Shown one piece after another: positions 60,039 through 64,000 of a stretch of DNA of 64,000 nucleotides. The position numbers were made by a program, and so were the translations under genes. Every line of letters begins with the position of its first letter. Positions within the stretch are counted from its first letter, which is position 1. The notes beneath the pieces were generated by a model. The model made no database searches. It saw only the letters and a program-made list of their open reading frames with translations, and was not told the DNA's origin. Source of the stretch: an uncultured candidate division Zixibacteria bacterium (GTDB lineage: Bacteria; Zixibacteria; MSB-5A5; UBA10806; 4484-95); contig CAXXKA010000008.1 of NCBI GenBank assembly GCA_963668625.2, positions 256,001 through 320,000 of the forward strand, read 5' to 3'.

Positions 60039-62818
60039 GCTATTGATATCCCCAGTTTGATATTACGCGGCGCCAAGTATCTGGCCGGATCGAACGGGTA
60101 AGGATAGGTCGGAGAGATATCCGGGTTTATCGGATCGTTCCAGCTTGGCAGAACTTCATCTCCATACTCGTAAGCCGTGCCGGTTAGCGGATTAATTATC
60201 TTGGAATTATTTTCGTTAGTAAGATTCGTAATTTCGAGGAACAACGAATATTTCAAACCGAAGGCCTCGAAATGTTTCTTTACGCTCATGTCTATCCAGC
60301 GCCAATCCTCGGCTGTTTTGCTATAAGGATCGTTGTTGTTCTTGATATATTCCGGTTCCTGGCCGACCTTCTCGATCTTCGTATAGGTGGTATACCTCTT
60401 ACCGGACTGCCAGAAAAAGCGAAGGTACAGATTCCATTTATCGGGAAGATTGAACACTCCGAAATGATAACGGTCTCCCTCATTGGCGAACAGGGAAACA
60501 TCAGCGGATAGACGGAGCGGCCTGTCCCAGGAAAGGTAATTCTCTTTAATCGATTTCTCCTCGAGCTCGCCCTTGGCCACCAGAAGCTCATCCTTGGGAG
60601 AGGAACTCTTACCGGTTGCCACCGAGTACGATCCCTGCAGGATGATATTCATCAACTTGCTGGCGCGTTTCTTGTACTCTATCTCGATACCGCGTGAACG
60701 AGCATAGTCGAGATTGAAATACATCTGGAAACTCTGGTTGGCATACCTGCCGCCCTGCGAGATACTGAACGAAGCGATATAATCGAAAATATCTTTGTAA
60801 TAAGTCGTTACCGAAAGAACGTCATTGGTGGTTATCTCGTAGCGCATACCCAACTCGTACGATACGGTCGTCTCCGGATTCAAATTAGGGTTGCCGAACA
60901 ACGGGTAGGATGAGTTCGTACTGACCGAGGATAGCTTGGCATAAACTCTCTGCGGCTGTGGTAATTTCGAGAAATGGCCGTACGAATAAAAAAGCATCAC
61001 ATTATCCAAAACCGGGTGGGAAATACCCAGCCTGGGGGAGAGATGGCTTTTACCGCGATGGCCGAAGAAATCGAAGGTATCGTTAATGTACGATTGTTTC
61101 AAATTATCCGATATTATCTCGGACTTCTGGTCGATCACCAGATCATCCACATAATCTCCGGGGAGCCACCAATCAAAGCGAAGACCCAGGTTTATGATAA
61201 GACCGAACGACGTGATCTTGTCCTGAACGTATACCGCACCGGTGTTCGGGTACACTTTATATATATCATGGTCGAGCCCAAGACCGTCCTGGCCGATACC
61301 TGGCTTGTTAATATCCACCATCTGGATTTGCTGCAGGTTAGACTCGAAACCGGCCTTAGCTACGTGCTTATCGCCGATACTCAGGTTGGCGTCGTACTTG
61401 AAAGTAAACTGTTCGAAATAATAGTCGCGCCACTCTTCGGCTTCACCGTAATCATAGAAACCATCACCGGTGGTTATTTCATAATGCGAATCGTCTATAC
61501 CATCGTTGGGGTTGGAATCCGGTACAAAGAAATAGTTAATCGGTAATATGTCGATGGGCTCCTCGAGATAGTCATCCCAGTTATTATCACCGACCGCATT
61601 ACGCATCTGGGTGAAAAAGCGAGAAAGCCTGAATTCATGGAAAAATCTCGGGCTGGTCGTATGTGAAAAGAGCAAGCTTTGTTGATTGGAAACCCTGGTA
61701 CGCGTGCTATAATCCTCAAGAATATTTTGATACTGGAAAGGGTACGAATCGAAATCGGGATTAGGGTTTTCGAAATCATTGGAATCGAATCCCTGGTTTA
61801 TGCTGGCCGATCCCTTGAACGTTCCCACCAATTTCATTCTGGGGTTAAAGCGATGAGTAAGCTTAAACAGCCCCGAATACTGGTTAGCTTCTCGCGGGGC
61901 GAATTGAGTCCCACCGAAAAGCGAGGAACGCAGATTATGCGTGTGAGGCAGATAAGTATCTGAAAGGTTCGAATAAGCTGAAAGGAAAAACGATGTTTTT
62001 TTCGAAAGTATAATCGGCCCGGAAAGCTGTAACTCGGTAACATCCGAATTGAAATTTGAGGCGTCGAATATTCCGAAATCATCCGTCTTGTAAGAAAGCT
62101 TACCGGAATAATTCTCTACCGAGCCCTCTTTGGTTTTAACCTGAACGACACCCGACATAGCCTGGCCGTATTCGGCGTTAAATCCGCCGGTTAACACCTC
62201 GAACTCCTCGATAGCGCCGGCCGTGACTGTCAGTCCGCCGGTACCGCCGGTGTACGGATCTTGAATCGAGATGCCGTCCACGAGATACGAGTTCTCGTAC
62301 GATCGCCCGCCTCGAATATGTATATCATTTCCGATAGCCACGACACCGGCCTGATTTTTCACCAGGTCGGCCACATTTTCAACCACCAACTCATCGATTT
62401 GCCTCGCACCCAATGTCGTACCGCTCTCGGTTTGTTCGATATCCATAAGGGGCTTCTCGCCGAGCACGACAACGCTGTCGCCGGCTATGAACGTTTCGGT
62501 TAGTTGAAAATCTATCACCAGCGTATCGTCATCGGCAACCTTCACACCTGTGCGAAGAATCGGTGTATAGCCGATCAATCGGGCCTCGATATTGTAAGTC
62601 CCGCCCTTCATATTTTTAATCTTGTAGCGACCGGCGAAATCGGTCTTGGCGCCATAGTAAGTACCTTTAACCATCACCGTAACACCGATAAGCTCTTCGC
62701 CGTTTGCCGAATCGGTGACAACACCCATGATGACCGTATTCTCGGCCCTGGATATTTGGAATGTACTTACGATGAATACTAATATGCAGGGTATTAAAAG
62801 TAGAAATCTTTTACTCAT
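60032..62818 (-). CDS. TonB-dependent receptor with N-terminal carboxypeptidase-regulatory-like domain
   Basis: Likely start ATG 62818 (MSKRFLLL.. signal peptide); HIRGGRS.EN.YLVDG, TGGFNAEYGQAMSGVV, SPRLGISHP, GNPNLNPE, PRNIKLGISIAW. Confidence 0.9.
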   Translation of the reverse strand: MSKRFLLLIPCILVFIVSTFQISRAENTVIMGVVTDSANGEELIGVTVMVKGTYYGAKTDFAGRYKIKNMKGGTYNIEARLIGYTPILRTGVKVADDDTLVIDFQLTETFIAGDSVVVLGEKPLMDIEQTESGTTLGARQIDELVVENVADLVKNQAGVVAIGNDIHIRGGRSYENSYLVDGISIQDPYTGGTGGLTVTAGAIEEFEVLTGGFNAEYGQAMSGVVQVKTKEGSVENYSGKLSYKTDDFGIFDASNFNSDVTELQLSGPIILSKKTSFFLSAYSNLSDTYLPHTHNLRSSLFGGTQFAPREANQYSGLFKLTHRFNPRMKLVGTFKGSASINQGFDSNDFENPNPDFDSYPFQYQNILEDYSTRTRVSNQQSLLFSHTTSPRFFHEFRLSRFFTQMRNAVGDNNWDDYLEEPIDILPINYFFVPDSNPNDGIDDSHYEITTGDGFYDYGEAEEWRDYYFEQFTFKYDANLSIGDKHVAKAGFESNLQQIQMVDINKPGIGQDGLGLDHDIYKVYPNTGAVYVQDKITSFGLIINLGLRFDWWLPGDYVDDLVIDQKSEIISDNLKQSYINDTFDFFGHRGKSHLSPRLGISHPVLDNVMLFYSYGHFSKLPQPQRVYAKLSSVSTNSSYPLFGNPNLNPETTVSYELGMRYEITTNDVLSVTTYYKDIFDYIASFSISQGGRYANQSFQMYFNLDYARSRGIEIEYKKRASKLMNIILQGSYSVATGKSSSPKDELLVAKGELEEKSIKENYLSWDRPLRLSADVSLFANEGDRYHFGVFNLPDKWNLYLRFFWQSGKRYTTYTKIEKVGQEPEYIKNNNDPYSKTAEDWRWIDMSVKKHFEAFGLKYSLFLEITNLTNENNSKIINPLTGTAYEYGDEVLPSWNDPINPDISPTYPYPFDPARYLAPRNIKLGISIAW

Positions 62819-64000
62819 CGGCAAACTCGTTTTGCAATATATGTGTAAATATCTGACGGAAACCGTCATTAACGTTACAATCGAAAACAGGGAAACTGAA
62901 AAACACCAGCCTGGCAGGCTCCTGTGTCGAGGCATCTGGATCGTAGGGGAATCGTACAGCCATAGTATCGCCAATAGCGCCGGCATCATTAGCCGCCCCG
63001 ATCTGGTAAATCGCGGCGATACCATCACCAATTAATCCCTCGGGTTTTGCCGGGGCAAATGAAAAGTCATGAGATATCGACTGTGTCGTTCTCAATTCGT
63101 AAGGATATCCATCCATGAGATTAAGAGAATCCGGCTGGACGAATAAAGTCGGCCTGAAAACGTCGGTGTCATAAATAGAATCAACAGGCATAAACGGATA
63201 TATGATCGTATCCGAAGTCGAATAATCAGTATTTAAAAATACGTGACCGCCCGAGTTGATGAAGTTCGTAATGCCTGTTGCGGTTCGATCGAAATTCCTC
63301 GCGGTACCGGCGTTGTAAACCAGTATATCGAAATCCCTCAAACCATGCTCGAAATCCTGACTGTAGTAAATCGGCCGATCCGTAAAATCAAGAGAGGTAA
63401 ATTCAATACCGAGATCGTTCATGACAGCGGAAAACATCGTATCAGCCAGGATAGACTGGTACGAGTTGTCATCAACATACAGTACCTCGCCATGAGGCTC
63501 GAGTACCTGCCATACGCCGGTAGTCTCCGGGTAGTACACGACATCGCTGTAAGCTCCCGCGATATCCTGACATCTGAGGAACACTCGATAGTAACCTGAA
63601 TCGAGTTCCTCGAACGTATGGGTAAATGTCAGCGAATCGAGCCTTAGCCAATCGGACTCCAATGAGTCCTTTTCGTGCACCCATTGAATCGAGGAATCCA
63701 TAAGGCATATCTCGTATCCTGAAATCGACTCGTCGCCGTCGGGATCGCTCGAGATCCAGGTGAACGTATGATATCCCAGCGTAACCGAGTGCTCGGAGGC
63801 ATACTCGTTTATGAACGTGGCCGGGAAATTCACTGTCGGCGCGGAGTTTATTATCGGGAAAGTCAGAGATGAAGGCGAGGGGTCAATTGCCGAATCCGAA
63901 TCCATCGCTCTGACGTAAAACGTGAACAGATCGACTAACGTATCGATCTCCACGTAGAACGTGTCCATAACATCCTCGGTGAATGACCAGGCGCCGTCGA
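62811..64000 (-). CDS. Extracytoplasmic hypothetical protein (Ig/FN3-like region plus VDD domain), 5' end outside the window
   Basis: Frame open to the window edge; TFYVRAMDSDSAIDPSP, DPDG, LYVDD; stop overlaps the TBDR start. Confidence 0.75.
   Translation of the reverse strand, partial: DGAWSFTEDVMDTFYVEIDTLVDLFTFYVRAMDSDSAIDPSPSSLTFPIINSAPTVNFPATFINEYASEHSVTLGYHTFTWISSDPDGDESISGYEICLMDSSIQWVHEKDSLESDWLRLDSLTFTHTFEELDSGYYRVFLRCQDIAGAYSDVVYYPETTGVWQVLEPHGEVLYVDDNSYQSILADTMFSAVMNDLGIEFTSLDFTDRPIYYSQDFEHGLRDFDILVYNAGTARNFDRTATGITNFINSGGHVFLNTDYSTSDTIIYPFMPVDSIYDTDVFRPTLFVQPDSLNLMDGYPYELRTTQSISHDFSFAPAKPEGLIGDGIAAIYQIGAANDAGAIGDTMAVRFPYDPDASTQEPARLVFFSFPVFDCNVNDGFRQIFTHILQNEFADE

Noticed and set aside
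62819-63031. N-terminal extension of the TonB receptor in the ORF track
   Set aside because: Overlaps the upstream gene by about 210 nt; the signal peptide begins at ATG 62818.

Overview
Bacterial chromosomal window, probably from an FCB-associated uncultured lineage such as candidate Zixibacteria. That taxonomy is inferred from the many QNYPNPFN-type C-terminal domains, a dockerin-like tail and a PorV-family gene. Layout: (1) a partial Asp-box protein and a 1.6 kb intergenic region that hides an unannotated 35-aa Lys-rich gene and a candidate structured RNA; (2) a 15.4 kb respiratory operon with ctaB, alternative complex III (actABCDEF plus a small subunit), SCO, an A2-type caa3 oxidase, ctaA, a second SCO and DUF420; (3) a 16 kb array of nine secreted proteins with a T9SS-type-A-like C-terminal domain (CTD), five of which share a near-identical 90-nt 3' end despite three unrelated passenger types and are joined by repeated REP-like spacers; (4) mixed genes including hemerythrin, RecX, a 23x KKKxx histone-H1-like protein, an mlaD pseudogene with an in-frame MITE-like insert, GH57, a degenerate sigma54 activator, tyrosine phenol-lyase and CheX/CheY; (5) a coupled TonB-receptor/PorV/lipoprotein operon. 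The best candidate for something undescribed is the CTD-linked passenger-shuffling array, followed by a ~120-140 bp MITE-like family, the candidate RNA and the TBDR-PorV operon. No rRNA, tRNA, CRISPR array, transposase, integrase or reverse transcriptase was seen. All alignments, counts and folds were done by eye; no database searches were run.
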